DNA of 64,000 nucleotides from an uncultured Clostridium sp. (GTDB taxonomy: Bacteria; Bacillota; Clostridia; TANB77; CAG-508): the NCBI GenBank assembly GCA_900554175.1, contig USGK01000004.1, positions 1,957 to 65,956 on the forward strand, given 5' to 3'. The notes under the pieces are model-generated. The model had not been told where the DNA came from. It saw nothing but the letters and a program-made list of their open reading frames with translations, and did no database searches. The translations under genes were made by a program, and so were the position numbers. This document shows positions 38,227 through 48,085 of this stretch, one piece after another. Position 1 is the first letter of the stretch, and each line of letters opens with the position of its first letter.

Positions 38227-39888
38227 ATGTTTAAAATAAATCCATTTCCTTATGACCCTAAAGAAGAATATGGTTTTTCAATAATTCCTAATAGCAATAC
38301 AAAATCTTTAAAACCTTTAGAAAATAAAAATATTTCTAATGAACTATCTTCTAATTTAGAATACATTGAATATGTGTATAACACTTCAATAAATAGTGAT
38401 ATAGTTGTACGAAATTTTATGCTAAATTCAAGAAATAAAGAATATAAAGCTTTTATAATATATATAGATGGTCTTGTTAATACTGAATTAATAAATCATT
38501 ACATTCTCAACCCTTTAATGCTTAAAAATCAAAATAATACATTTGATCAGCCGGTCACTATAGAAACTTCTTTACCAAATAATCCTGATTCACTTTCTAT
38601 AAAAAAAGTGAAAAAATTCAATTTAGAGGACTATATTTATAAAACTTTGATTCCACAAAACAGCATTTCAAAATCCGAGGATTTTTCAGAAATCTTTGAT
38701 GGGATAAATTCCGGAAATTGTGCACTTTTTGTTGACACTGTTTCTTCCGCATTTGACATTGATGTAAAAGGATTAAAACAAAGAAATGTAAGCACCCCAA
38801 TTAATGAAAATGTAATAAAAGGTCCTCAAGAATCTTTTGTAGAAAGTATTAGAAACAACACCGCACTTATAAGACGAATTGTAAATAGTGAAAAACTAGT
38901 TATTGAAAACATCTCTGTAGGAAGAATTACAAAAACTAAATGTGCTGTTTGTTATTTAAAAGATTTGGCCAATTCTGATCTTGTTGCTGAAGCAAAATTT
39001 AGATTAAATAACCTAAAAATAGATAGTCTTTTTTCTTCCGGCCAATTGGAACAGTTGATAGAAGAAAATGATAAAATGGCTATTCCCCAAATTCTCTCTA
39101 CTGAAAGACCTGATAAGTGTGCAAAGCATTTGTTCCAAGGACGAGTTGTCATTTTAGTAAATGGAAATCCCTATGCATTAATTCTTCCTGCTATATTAAT
39201 AGATTTTTTATCATCACCAGAGGATTCTAATTTAAAAGTAACTTTTGCAAATTTCTTGAAATCAATAAGATTACTTGCCATGTTTCTTACATTACTTTTG
39301 CCAGGTTTATATATATCTGTAACAAACTTTCATCAAGAAATACTTCCAACTGAATTACTTTTTTCAATTTTAGCAAGTAGACAAAGCGTACCATTTCCAA
39401 TCATATTCGAACTTTTATTAATGGAAATTTCATTTGAAATTATTCGTGAATCTGGACTACGAATTCCTGCTCCAATAGGTCCAACTCTTGGTATTATAGG
39501 TGCTCTGATTTTAGGTGAAGCTGCTGTAAATGCTGATATAGTAAGTCCCTTTTTAATAATTGTTGTAGCAATTACTGGCTTAAGTTCATTTGCAATACCT
39601 GACTTTTCATTTGGTTTTCATTTACGTGTATATAGATTCGTTTTCATATTTCTTGGATACATTGCAGGTTTTTCAGGAATTGCTTTAGGACTTTTTGTAT
39701 ATTTAAGTCTACTTTGTAGTATGAAATCCTTTGGAGTAGATTTTACTTCACCGATTACACCTAATATTTCAAATGATTCTGAAGGATATTTTATGCACTA
39801 TGCATGGAAAAGAGAAAAAAGAGCCAACTATCTTTCTCCCAAAGCAACAATTGCCCAAAATAAAATTAGTAGAAAATGGAAATTTTAA
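38227..39888 (+). CDS. spore germination protein, GerA-family A subunit
   Basis: Soluble N-domain plus a C-terminal 5-TM region (PFPIIFELLLMEISFEIIRESGLRIP, typical of GerAA). Followed by B and C subunit genes. Confidence 0.9.
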   Translation: MFKINPFPYDPKEEYGFSIIPNSNTKSLKPLENKNISNELSSNLEYIEYVYNTSINSDIVVRNFMLNSRNKEYKAFIIYIDGLVNTELINHYILNPLMLKNQNNTFDQPVTIETSLPNNPDSLSIKKVKKFNLEDYIYKTLIPQNSISKSEDFSEIFDGINSGNCALFVDTVSSAFDIDVKGLKQRNVSTPINENVIKGPQESFVESIRNNTALIRRIVNSEKLVIENISVGRITKTKCAVCYLKDLANSDLVAEAKFRLNNLKIDSLFSSGQLEQLIEENDKMAIPQILSTERPDKCAKHLFQGRVVILVNGNPYALILPAILIDFLSSPEDSNLKVTFANFLKSIRLLAMFLTLLLPGLYISVTNFHQEILPTELLFSILASRQSVPFPIIFELLLMEISFEIIRESGLRIPAPIGPTLGIIGALILGEAAVNADIVSPFLIIVVAITGLSSFAIPDFSFGFHLRVYRFVFIFLGYIAGFSGIALGLFVYLSLLCSMKSFGVDFTSPITPNISNDSEGYFMHYAWKREKRANYLSPKATIAQNKISRKWKF

Positions 39889-39935
39889 AGAAAGGAGTTA
39901 TATGTTAGTTTAAAAAACTAACATATTAAGAAAAA

Positions 39936-41030
39936 ATGTTAGATAAAAAAATAGCTAATAAAGAAGCTGTTGCTGTAATTTTAACTATAGTTATTAATTT
40001 TATTATTTTGAATTCGAATAAACTAATTATAAGAGATTGTAAATCATCTGCAATTTTAAATTGTGTATTTATTAGTATTATAGCTATTATATTAGTACTT
40101 ATAATATGTAAACTTTTTAAAAATTTTCCAGGTCAAAGTCTATTAGATATTTCAAACTATATAGGCGGTCCATTTTTAAAGTTTATCATTGGAATTATAT
40201 ATACTGTTTATTTTATACTAATTAGTTCAATTCTACTAAGAAGATTGTGTAACTCTCTTCAAACGATTTTCTTTCCATTAACTGATATTATATTTATATT
40301 TCTTTTATTTATAATTTCAGCTGCTCTTGTATCTCAGTTAGGTAAATCTGGTGCATTTAAAGCTAATCTTATAATATCACCACTAATTTATTTAGTTTTA
40401 ATATTAGTTTTTATAGGAAACACTAAAAATTTTAACTTTAATAATATATATCCAATTTTGGGACAAAATATAGATGCTACTTTTTTCAAAGGATTTTCTA
40501 ATTTATTTGCTTTTATTGGACTTGGATATCTATATTTTATTCCATCATACTTATCTGATCCAAATAAATTTAAAAATATTGCACTATATTCTTGTATAAT
40601 TTCGGGATTATTTTTAATTTTAATTGTATCAACTGTACTCTTTATGTTTAACAATACTTTAAGTAATAGTGAACTTTTCCCTTTGTACCTAGCTGTAAGG
40701 TATATTGAATTTGGAACTTTCTTCCAAAGATTAGATTCATTCTTTCTATTTATAGTATCTTTAGCTTTCATAAGTTACTTAAGTATAAGTACTATAATTT
40801 GTACAAATATATTAAAAAAAATAAGCAATACCACTAATAATGAACCTGTTATTTACCCTTATCTATTATGCATCTTTTCAACATCTATACTTATAAAAAA
40901 TAATCCCACCTTGGAATTTTTTGAAAATGATATATTTAAAATATTATTTTTCTCAATAACACTTGCTTTGAGTTTTATTATTTTAATTCTAGCAAATATT
41001 AAAAAGAAACAAGTAGGAGGTAACAATTGA
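39936..41030 (+). CDS. spore germination protein, GerAB-type permease (APC superfamily)
   Basis: 364-aa polytopic membrane protein in the middle of a gerA-type operon. Its end overlaps the C-subunit start by 4 nt. Confidence 0.8.
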   Translation: MLDKKIANKEAVAVILTIVINFIILNSNKLIIRDCKSSAILNCVFISIIAIILVLIICKLFKNFPGQSLLDISNYIGGPFLKFIIGIIYTVYFILISSILLRRLCNSLQTIFFPLTDIIFIFLLFIISAALVSQLGKSGAFKANLIISPLIYLVLILVFIGNTKNFNFNNIYPILGQNIDATFFKGFSNLFAFIGLGYLYFIPSYLSDPNKFKNIALYSCIISGLFLILIVSTVLFMFNNTLSNSELFPLYLAVRYIEFGTFFQRLDSFFLFIVSLAFISYLSISTIICTNILKKISNTTNNEPVIYPYLLCIFSTSILIKNNPTLEFFENDIFKILFFSITLALSFIILILANIKKKQVGGNN

Positions 41031-42409
41031 AAAAATTAATTTTTAAATGGATAATAATTATTATTACATTTTTTATATTTTTATATGCTTTTTCACTTAC
41101 CTACTCTGTATATAATATTGATAACCTTAACTACGTAGTAGCTTTAATTTTAGATAAAGCTGATGATCCACAAATGATTCAAGTTACTTTCGAGTTCCTT
41201 GATATATCATCTTTTTCGGAAGATTCTTCAACAACAGAGGCTTCTACTATATTAGATACAATTACTGCTACATCTATTGACAGTGCTATAAATATTATGA
41301 ATTCTTATTCAGGTAAGGGAATAAATTTATCAACCTGTAAAGTAGTACTCTTTTCTAAAGAATTAGCAGAAAAAGGGATATATGAAGAAGTTTCTGATTT
41401 GATTAATAGTACTCAAATCAGACCTAATGTAAATGTAATAGTTACTACTGAAAGTGCCAAATACTATATTGACAATTCAACTTCCCCTCTAGAAAAAATA
41501 CTAACTAAATATTATGACGTTTTCACTAATTCAAGTAAATACATTGGTTATACATCAAATATAACTATAGGGCAATTCTATGAAAATTTTAAAAATTCTA
41601 ATATTGGAAATATCGCTATTTTAGGCGGTACAAATAAAAGTTCTATTGAAAATAAGAAGAAATCCACATCTGACAGTCAAAACGATAAATCTTCAGAGTC
41701 TACGCAAAGTTCTGAAAATCCTATTGATACTAATAAAGATCAAACTGAAGATACATCACAAAATTCAGATCAAAACACTGAGCAAAATTCATCCCCAAAT
41801 TCCGAATCAAATTCCTCTGCTCAAGTACTTCCTGAAAATATGACACCAGGAAATTCTGGTATAACTGGTCAAAGAGGTACTGAGAATATGGGGTTAGCAG
41901 TTTTTAGTGATTATAAATGTATAGGAAATCTAACTGCTGGTGAGACACTTGCACGTTCTATTATTACAAATGAAACTAGTCACTTTCTTATCTCTGTACC
42001 TGATCCATTTGAAAGTGATAAGAGAATATCCATGAATATGTCTAAAAATTCTGACTGTAAAGTAAATATAGATATTTTGGATGATCATCCTGTAATTAAC
42101 ATAACAATATCTTTAGAATCAAAAATTAATAGCATCATTGATGGTGTAAATTATGCCGATAATGAAACTCTCCTAAAGCTTGAACAAGCTTCAGAAGAAT
42201 ATCTAAAAAATCATATGCTAGATTATCTATATAAGACTTCAAAAGATTTTAAAGTTGATATTACAGGTTTTTATCATATAGCTAAAAAACACTTTTCTAC
42301 AATAGATGATATGAACAATTATAACTGGCGTGATAAATACCCAAATAGTGAGTTTAATTTGACAATAAATTCTAACTTAGTTTCAAGCCTTTTAGTACAA
42401 AACAATTAA
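41027..42409 (+). CDS. Ger(x)C-family germination protein with a low-complexity Ser/Asn/Gln/Glu insertion
   Basis: Third gene of the operon, with conserved N- and C-terminal Ger(x)C-like regions. No Cys in the signal region, so no lipobox. About 80 aa of low complexity around 41640-41880. Confidence 0.7.
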   Translation: MKKLIFKWIIIIITFFIFLYAFSLTYSVYNIDNLNYVVALILDKADDPQMIQVTFEFLDISSFSEDSSTTEASTILDTITATSIDSAINIMNSYSGKGINLSTCKVVLFSKELAEKGIYEEVSDLINSTQIRPNVNVIVTTESAKYYIDNSTSPLEKILTKYYDVFTNSSKYIGYTSNITIGQFYENFKNSNIGNIAILGGTNKSSIENKKKSTSDSQNDKSSESTQSSENPIDTNKDQTEDTSQNSDQNTEQNSSPNSESNSSAQVLPENMTPGNSGITGQRGTENMGLAVFSDYKCIGNLTAGETLARSIITNETSHFLISVPDPFESDKRISMNMSKNSDCKVNIDILDDHPVINITISLESKINSIIDGVNYADNETLLKLEQASEEYLKNHMLDYLYKTSKDFKVDITGFYHIAKKHFSTIDDMNNYNWRDKYPNSEFNLTINSNLVSSLLVQNN

Positions 42410-42608
42410 AAATGGAGGAATATTTTAATTATGAATACTTTTTTTATAAAATTCTTTTTTAGTTTATCTACCCTTTTAATTTTGGGACATGTCTTATCTT
42501 ATTCAGGTTATGAAATAAAAAAACATTGTAATATCTTTGGAGGTATATTTGTTGCTCTTTTTGGACTAGGTTGTATAATTTATAGTAATATTGTTTTTTG
42601 GATGTATT

Positions 42609-42664
42609 AAAATCCTTTTCATGTTTAATAATTAATTTTATTAAACATGAAAAGGATTTTTTTT
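42609..42664. terminator. bidirectional rho-independent terminator
   Basis: 22-bp arms aaaatccttttcatgtttaata / tattaaacatgaaaaggatttt, followed by a T-run. Lies between convergent genes. Confidence 0.75.
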
Positions 42665-42668
42665 AGAC

Positions 42669-43424
42669 TTAAATCACACTATTATAAATTTTATTCCCAT
42701 GTGCATCAGTTGCTTGAACATATACAGTATTTGCTGTATTATCTAAAGTAATACTTGTAAATTCAGCATTCTTTAAATTTAACTTTGCACTTTCTAAATC
42801 AGTTCCTTGTCCTATTTTTTTATTATAAATTAAAATATCATCTGGAAATTTTATATTAACTATTTCTCCCACTTTTTCTATTGAAATCTCTCCGTTTATC
42901 ACTTTTATTGGAGATTCATTTTTAAATATTTTTTCTTCATTTGAATAATCATCCACAATTTTTATCCATAAATAATAATTATTTTCTGTCGCATCATCTA
43001 AATTTACTGTATACTCTGTATATATAGATGATAAATATTTCCATGAATTTGGTGTGGTCTCTATATTATCGCTCCATGCATAGCTTATACTTTTTATACC
43101 ATATTGAGTTCCATTTTCCAAATTAAACCTTTGCGATATTTGCACATTAGAACTTCCAGTTGGAATAAAATAGCCTTCTTGAGATTCAAATTCTATACTT
43201 ATATTGCTTGTTTTTACATTTGATGCTTCAATTTTATATAGATTATCTTTATTATTTAAATCTACTTCATATCCTTTTTTTATTTGTATATATTGTTCAT
43301 CCATAGTTACTTCTTTATTCTTTATATATGAGAATACTCCAACTATCGAAACAAGAAAAACCATACATGAAGCCAAAATAAATAATGTTATTGATCCTCT
43401 TTCATCTCTAAATTTCTTTATCAT
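42669..43424 (-). CDS. membrane-anchored protein with TadE/pseudopilin-like N-terminal segment
   Basis: N-terminal RDERGSITLFILASCMVFLV resembles TadE/G-like anchors. The remainder is beta-rich with unknown function. Confidence 0.45.
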   Translation of the reverse strand: MIKKFRDERGSITLFILASCMVFLVSIVGVFSYIKNKEVTMDEQYIQIKKGYEVDLNNKDNLYKIEASNVKTSNISIEFESQEGYFIPTGSSNVQISQRFNLENGTQYGIKSISYAWSDNIETTPNSWKYLSSIYTEYTVNLDDATENNYYLWIKIVDDYSNEEKIFKNESPIKVINGEISIEKVGEIVNIKFPDDILIYNKKIGQGTDLESAKLNLKNAEFTSITLDNTANTVYVQATDAHGNKIYNSVI

Positions 43425-43451
43425 TATTCATCCTCCATTTGTCATATTAGA

Positions 43452-43497
43452 CAAAAATTAACTGCTGTATGAAATCACAGATTTCACGCCAGCAGTT
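43452..43497 (-). terminator. terminator of veg
   Basis: aactgctg (43460-67) / cagcagtt (43490-97), followed on the minus strand by aattttt. Confidence 0.5.
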
Positions 43498-43561
43498 ATA
43501 ATTGACTCTGTCAATAAAAATTGCAAAATATTTCTTATATTATTATATAAATTTCTAATTA

Positions 43562-43837
43562 TTATACTCTAATTCTTTTTTTTATAACTTGTTCTGCTGG
43601 CGGAATTAAAGGACTATATGTATTACCATTAAAGACCTCTACCTCAACCGTTCTCGTTAATATGTCGGTGTAACTATATGTTGCATTTCTTGATCCCTCA
43701 TCATATTTTACTGTAAAAATATTTGAATAGGCTTTTTCTATTGTAGCTTCTTTTTCAAATGACTTATTTCTTCCTAGTGAACCTTTTACTATTATCTTTT
43801 GACCAACTTTGTCTAAAATATCTGTTTTTAAATTCAT
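43562..43837 (-). CDS. veg: Veg-like protein
   Basis: KGSLGRNKSFEKEATIEKAYSNIFTV...ATYSYTDILTRTVEVEVF aligns with the B. subtilis Veg pattern. It is adjacent to yabG, as in Bacillus. Start placed at MNLKTD. Confidence 0.8.
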   Translation of the reverse strand: MNLKTDILDKVGQKIIVKGSLGRNKSFEKEATIEKAYSNIFTVKYDEGSRNATYSYTDILTRTVEVEVFNGNTYSPLIPPAEQVIKKRIRV

Positions 43838-44047
43838 AATATCTGCAGAGCAAATCATTTAATCACCTTCTATACTTTTATTGATTGCATTATATCATCT
43901 AGGTAATTAAATGTCAAAACATATCATAAGTACACTTTTTGTGTAAACTTTAGTCGTATCAAGGAAAAAAGCCACTTTTTTTTGCTTTTTTACATTTTTA
44001 TTACTTTTTTATTACAAAAATATTACAAAAAAAATCCAGAGATAATC

Positions 44048-44953
44048 TCAAAAGAAATTATCTCTAATTAATATACTCTTTTTCATACCACTAGAACCAA
44101 TTCCACCTACACCACGTTTTCCATCTCTTAATTCTTGCTCAATATCATCAATTGTTATATATTTTGTTTCTTCTGATGTCGCTATTTTTTTCGCAACTAT
44201 TATTGGATCTAACATATCTATTAAAATTCTTGCAGGAGATGAAGCAAAATTAGCTCCTGCCATTATTAGAGCCTCAAAGTAACTTTGACATGCTCCTGCA
44301 AAAATTGCTATATTAGCCCCAAAATCTCTTTCATATCTTCTTGCCTCTTGAACCGTTTGAACAAAATATCTTGAGTTTCTATAATTATATATATCATCAT
44401 AATTTCGATCTTTTTTTACTAAACCATCATGCCCAGTAATAACTAAAATATCTGGTTTATAATAAGCAAGCATTCTGTATACTTGTCTAGGCTGCATATA
44501 TTCTGGAATATTTTTAACAACTGCTGTTAATCCCATTTTTTGATAGTATTTCTGTGATTTTTGTCCATACTTTTTGTCTCCATCTAGGTGTAAAATTCTT
44601 CCCGTAATATAGTTGTAAAATAATCTTTTGTTAATTTCATTTTCTTCTTTACGCTTAATATCTATATCTTTTTGGTTAACTTTAATTCTTCTATCCAACT
44701 TTTCTTCAACAACTCTTATCTTCTCTTTAACTACTTCTTTTTTTAATAACTCTAAATCAGAAATGTCACTATCAGCTTCTATTCTTTCAGTTATTCCCTT
44801 TAAAAGTACAATTTTTTTTCCTTGTTTTGTTTTTATAATTCTTTTAACCTCAAAAATTATATCTTTTTCATATGATATCCTACCAACTATATCCCCTTTT
44901 TTTATTTTATCCATATTTAATTTCATTCCTTTCATAAGGTAATAACTAGTCAC
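44048..44953 (-). CDS. yabG: sporulation-specific protease YabG
   Basis: KKGDIVGRISYEKDIIFEV...ILHLDGD...LVITGHDG...FAGACQS are conserved YabG features. The exact start among several Met/GTG candidates is uncertain. Confidence 0.8.
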   Translation of the reverse strand: MTSYYLMKGMKLNMDKIKKGDIVGRISYEKDIIFEVKRIIKTKQGKKIVLLKGITERIEADSDISDLELLKKEVVKEKIRVVEEKLDRRIKVNQKDIDIKRKEENEINKRLFYNYITGRILHLDGDKKYGQKSQKYYQKMGLTAVVKNIPEYMQPRQVYRMLAYYKPDILVITGHDGLVKKDRNYDDIYNYRNSRYFVQTVQEARRYERDFGANIAIFAGACQSYFEALIMAGANFASSPARILIDMLDPIIVAKKIATSEETKYITIDDIEQELRDGKRGVGGIGSSGMKKSILIRDNFF

Positions 44954-45010
44954 CTCATAATGATAGGATACTATATATTATGATATATTTATAGATATTG
45001 TGCTTTTAAT

Positions 45011-45265
45011 TTACTTTTTATGCATATATTTTAGTTTAGTCGCCATCCCTCCTCTTAGATGCCTTTCAGCTTTATTTTCATCTAAAATTTTTCTAACATC
45101 TTTAGCTAAACTTGGATTTATTTTATTTAACCTGTCTGATACATCTTTGTGTACTGTTGATTTTGAGATGCCAAACTTTTTAGCTGTCCCCCTTACGGTA
45201 TCTTTTGTTTCAATTATATAATGTGCTAAATTTACTGCACGTTCTTCTATTGATATTCCTTTCAT
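45011..45265 (-). CDS. spoIIID: sporulation transcriptional regulator SpoIIID
   Basis: IEERAVNLAHYIIETKDTVRGTAKKFGISKSTVHKDVSDRL...HLRGGMATKLKY matches SpoIIID. Start at MKGIS (GGGGG 7 nt upstream); the track ORF extends to 45304. Confidence 0.9.
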   Translation of the reverse strand: MKGISIEERAVNLAHYIIETKDTVRGTAKKFGISKSTVHKDVSDRLNKINPSLAKDVRKILDENKAERHLRGGMATKLKYMHKK

Positions 45266-45465
45266 ATATTGCCCCCGTAAATACTTTTGTTTAATATTAT
45301 TCATTAAAGGGGTGTATTATGATTGTACTTTATCAATTATATTTTTTATATCATATCAATTTTTTTATAATTTACCCAACATTTTATTACTCACTTTTAA
45401 CAATAAACACCTAAAAAATTCTAACAAATAAAAATTTGAAGAAAATTTTAAGTGTTTTATTATTT

Positions 45466-47136
45466 TTAATATTCCATTATTTCATAAATAACAAAATTCT
45501 TATCAGAATAAAGCAAATTATACTTTTCAGAATCAGCTTTTTTTATTAACATATTTATTTTAGAATTTTTGTATACTATTATATGTGTAATTTCATATTT
45601 TTTGAATATATCACCATAATATGTACCTATTCCAGATGCGCTGATAAAGTCAGAAAATACATTGCATCCATTATTAAATTCTGGAGAATATAAATCTGCT
45701 CTTGAATCTATAAAAACTGGAATTCCTTTATAAAGTAAATAACTTCCATAATTGTACTCATTAAATAATCTTATGTTATTTACATCTAAATTTTCTAATA
45801 TCCATTCACTTGCATCAACTGGATATGTACTTGAACTAACATATTCATCATCTATCTTAGGTCTATAAAAATGATAACTTAATGCCACTCCAGCAATTGT
45901 CAAAATAATAAGTGTATATATATTTACTATCTTAATTGCTTCTTTAACTTTACAGATCCCATATATTTCTAATAATTCTATTAACATTTTATTTAAAATA
46001 ACTGAGCCTATTAAGACAAACATAGAAGATTGTCTTCTAGAAACAAACATTAAATATACAAGTCCTCCAAGCATAAATAAATCACATAACTTTATTTTAG
46101 ATTTTGTAAATGTCATTGTTCCTAAAATAATTATCAAAGTACACATAATAGGATTGTTTTCTGCTAAAGTTAGTGGCAAATGTTCATTTATATTTTGTGT
46201 AGTAGTTCCCTGCATTAATTTATATAAATGCGTATATGGATTATCTCCTGTTGGTGTAATTAATCCCATCAATGCACATATAACCATTATCAAAATTAAC
46301 CACTTTACATTAGGATTTCTTTCCATTCTAATTTTATATGGATTTTCTAAGTTTTCTTTTCTTGCTTCTTTAATTCTATCTACTTTTTTAGTCTTCTTTT
46401 CAAGTTCTAGCTCATATTTCTTTATTTTCTCATGAGCTTTTTCCTTTTTAGATTTATTTAAAAATTTAATTATCCTCTTTAATATAAAAATCTCTAACTT
46501 CTTATACAAAATAAAATCACACAATACAGAAATTATATATTCTCCAATATAAGGTAAAAAAAGTATAAATAAAAATGGCCATACTGCAACATGCAAATTT
46601 GCAATTAATAATGATATTGCTATTAATCCTACACCATATCTAATTTTTTTTGTATTTAAAAATCTTTCGATTAGATATATCGCCCATATAAATAATATAA
46701 ATGTTACTAACTGTGCTCTAGCCGCAACATATCCCCTTAATAAATACATAGCTCCAATTGTAATAAAAAAAGATAGTACTTTATTATTTGCTAGTTTATT
46801 ATTTACCTTATATATTGAAAGCCCCAAGATTATAGATAATATACACGTTGACAAATATACTGCATCCCAACCACCTAGATTATACACTAAATATAATCCA
46901 TAATCATAAAGCCAATGTGGGTATGTATATTCTAAATTCTCATGCCATGAAAAATGATCTTTCATGTCAACACCATTTTGAGCTATACTTTCACCTATCT
47001 TTACAGTATAATAAGTATCATTTTGCAATGTTTTAGGTGATATACTTATTGAAAATAGAATAATTAAAATAACAGCAATAATTTCAAATTGTAAACTCTT
47101 GTTTTCTCTAAATTTTTTAAATAGTTCTTTTACCAT
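45466..47136 (-). CDS. polytopic membrane protein, possibly a PMT/ArnT-like (GT-C) glycosyltransferase
   Basis: 556 aa with more than 10 TM segments and a C-terminal soluble domain. Assignment is by architecture only. Confidence 0.5.
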   Translation of the reverse strand: MVKELFKKFRENKSLQFEIIAVILIILFSISISPKTLQNDTYYTVKIGESIAQNGVDMKDHFSWHENLEYTYPHWLYDYGLYLVYNLGGWDAVYLSTCILSIILGLSIYKVNNKLANNKVLSFFITIGAMYLLRGYVAARAQLVTFILFIWAIYLIERFLNTKKIRYGVGLIAISLLIANLHVAVWPFLFILFLPYIGEYIISVLCDFILYKKLEIFILKRIIKFLNKSKKEKAHEKIKKYELELEKKTKKVDRIKEARKENLENPYKIRMERNPNVKWLILIMVICALMGLITPTGDNPYTHLYKLMQGTTTQNINEHLPLTLAENNPIMCTLIIILGTMTFTKSKIKLCDLFMLGGLVYLMFVSRRQSSMFVLIGSVILNKMLIELLEIYGICKVKEAIKIVNIYTLIILTIAGVALSYHFYRPKIDDEYVSSSTYPVDASEWILENLDVNNIRLFNEYNYGSYLLYKGIPVFIDSRADLYSPEFNNGCNVFSDFISASGIGTYYGDIFKKYEITHIIVYKNSKINMLIKKADSEKYNLLYSDKNFVIYEIMEY

Positions 47137-47160
47137 TTTATTTATCCTTTCATTTTAATG

Positions 47161-47622
47161 TTATTTATTTGTTGACCCAAATCCACCAGTTCTTACCCCT
47201 GTTGCATTATCATCATCAGATATTAAAAATGGCATAAATATAGCTTGTCCTATTACATCACCTTTTTTTATTTTAACATCTTCATCTTTAACATTAAAAA
47301 ATGCAAACATTATATGACCATCATTATCTTCATTTCCATAATAGTCTTTATCTATTATTCCAACACTATTTGCTAATATTAAACCTTTTTTACCTGGATT
47401 TGAGCTTCTATTTGCAAGCATTAAATATTCATTGTCTTGCATATAAGCTTTTATTCCTGTTTTTACAAGAGTTGGCTTTTGCCCTGCCACAAATTTTGGT
47501 ATAACAGTATCTTCTGCTGCTTCTATATCATATCCAGCAGAAAACTTTGTTTTTCTCTCTGGTAAATTTATTTCCTTTCCTTCAAATCCTTTTGCTACTT
47601 CAAAACCTCTTATTTTTTCCAT
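47161..47622 (-). CDS. dut: dUTP diphosphatase
   Basis: SAGYDI, NRSSNPGKKGL, GIIDKDY and GGFGSTN motifs. Start placed at MEKIRG. Confidence 0.9.
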   Translation of the reverse strand: MEKIRGFEVAKGFEGKEINLPERKTKFSAGYDIEAAEDTVIPKFVAGQKPTLVKTGIKAYMQDNEYLMLANRSSNPGKKGLILANSVGIIDKDYYGNEDNDGHIMFAFFNVKDEDVKIKKGDVIGQAIFMPFLISDDDNATGVRTGGFGSTNK

Positions 47623-47762
47623 TTTTAATACATTCCTTTCCAACTTTTTTTTACTTATTATTAATATATCATTTATCAGAAAAAGTCAAGAGCAATGGGA
47701 ACCTTTTGTCTCCGACATAAATACAATATATTAGACAAAAATATTTTAATTCGGAGGACATT

Positions 47763-47993
47763 ATGCAAATATCAACATTAGATAAATTACCACTAAATAA
47801 AGAGGCTATAGTTTTAAAATTAACAACTCCTAATCCACTCAGAAGACGACTTTTAGATTTAGGATTAGTTCAAAACACATCAATTAAATCATTATATGTA
47901 AGTCCATCAGGCGATCCCAAAGCCTTTGAATTTAGAGGTACACTAATAGCAATAAGAAATGAGGATGCTAAAACCATTCAGATTAAATTTTAG
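47763..47993 (+). CDS. feoA: ferrous iron transport protein A
   Basis: 76-aa SH3-like FeoA pattern (LDKLPLNKEAIVLKL...RRRLLDLGL). It lies upstream of feoB. Confidence 0.85.
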   Translation: MQISTLDKLPLNKEAIVLKLTTPNPLRRRLLDLGLVQNTSIKSLYVSPSGDPKAFEFRGTLIAIRNEDAKTIQIKF

Positions 47994-48085
47994 CAAATTT
48001 ATGTTTATAATAACTTGTATTTTAATTTTTTTATATAAATTAATATATTAACAAACGTTCATTTACAAAGATAGGCGGTGATAAA

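Noticed and set aside
41646-41843. 65-aa alternative-frame ORF inside the gerC-like gene.
   Set aside because: It arises from the low-complexity repeat-like insert and has no independent start signals.
45266-45304. In-frame CGG in the 13-codon N-terminal extension of the spoIIID track ORF, a potential counter-example of CGG used as Arg.
   Set aside because: Alignment with SpoIIID and a G-rich RBS 7 nt upstream place the real start at MKGIS (45265). The CGG then lies in the 5' leader and RBS region, not in coding sequence.
47650-47700. A Fur box upstream of feoA.
   Set aside because: The AT-rich stretch ttattattaatatatcatttatc only loosely resembles the 7-1-7 Fur consensus. In this base composition such matches are expected by chance.
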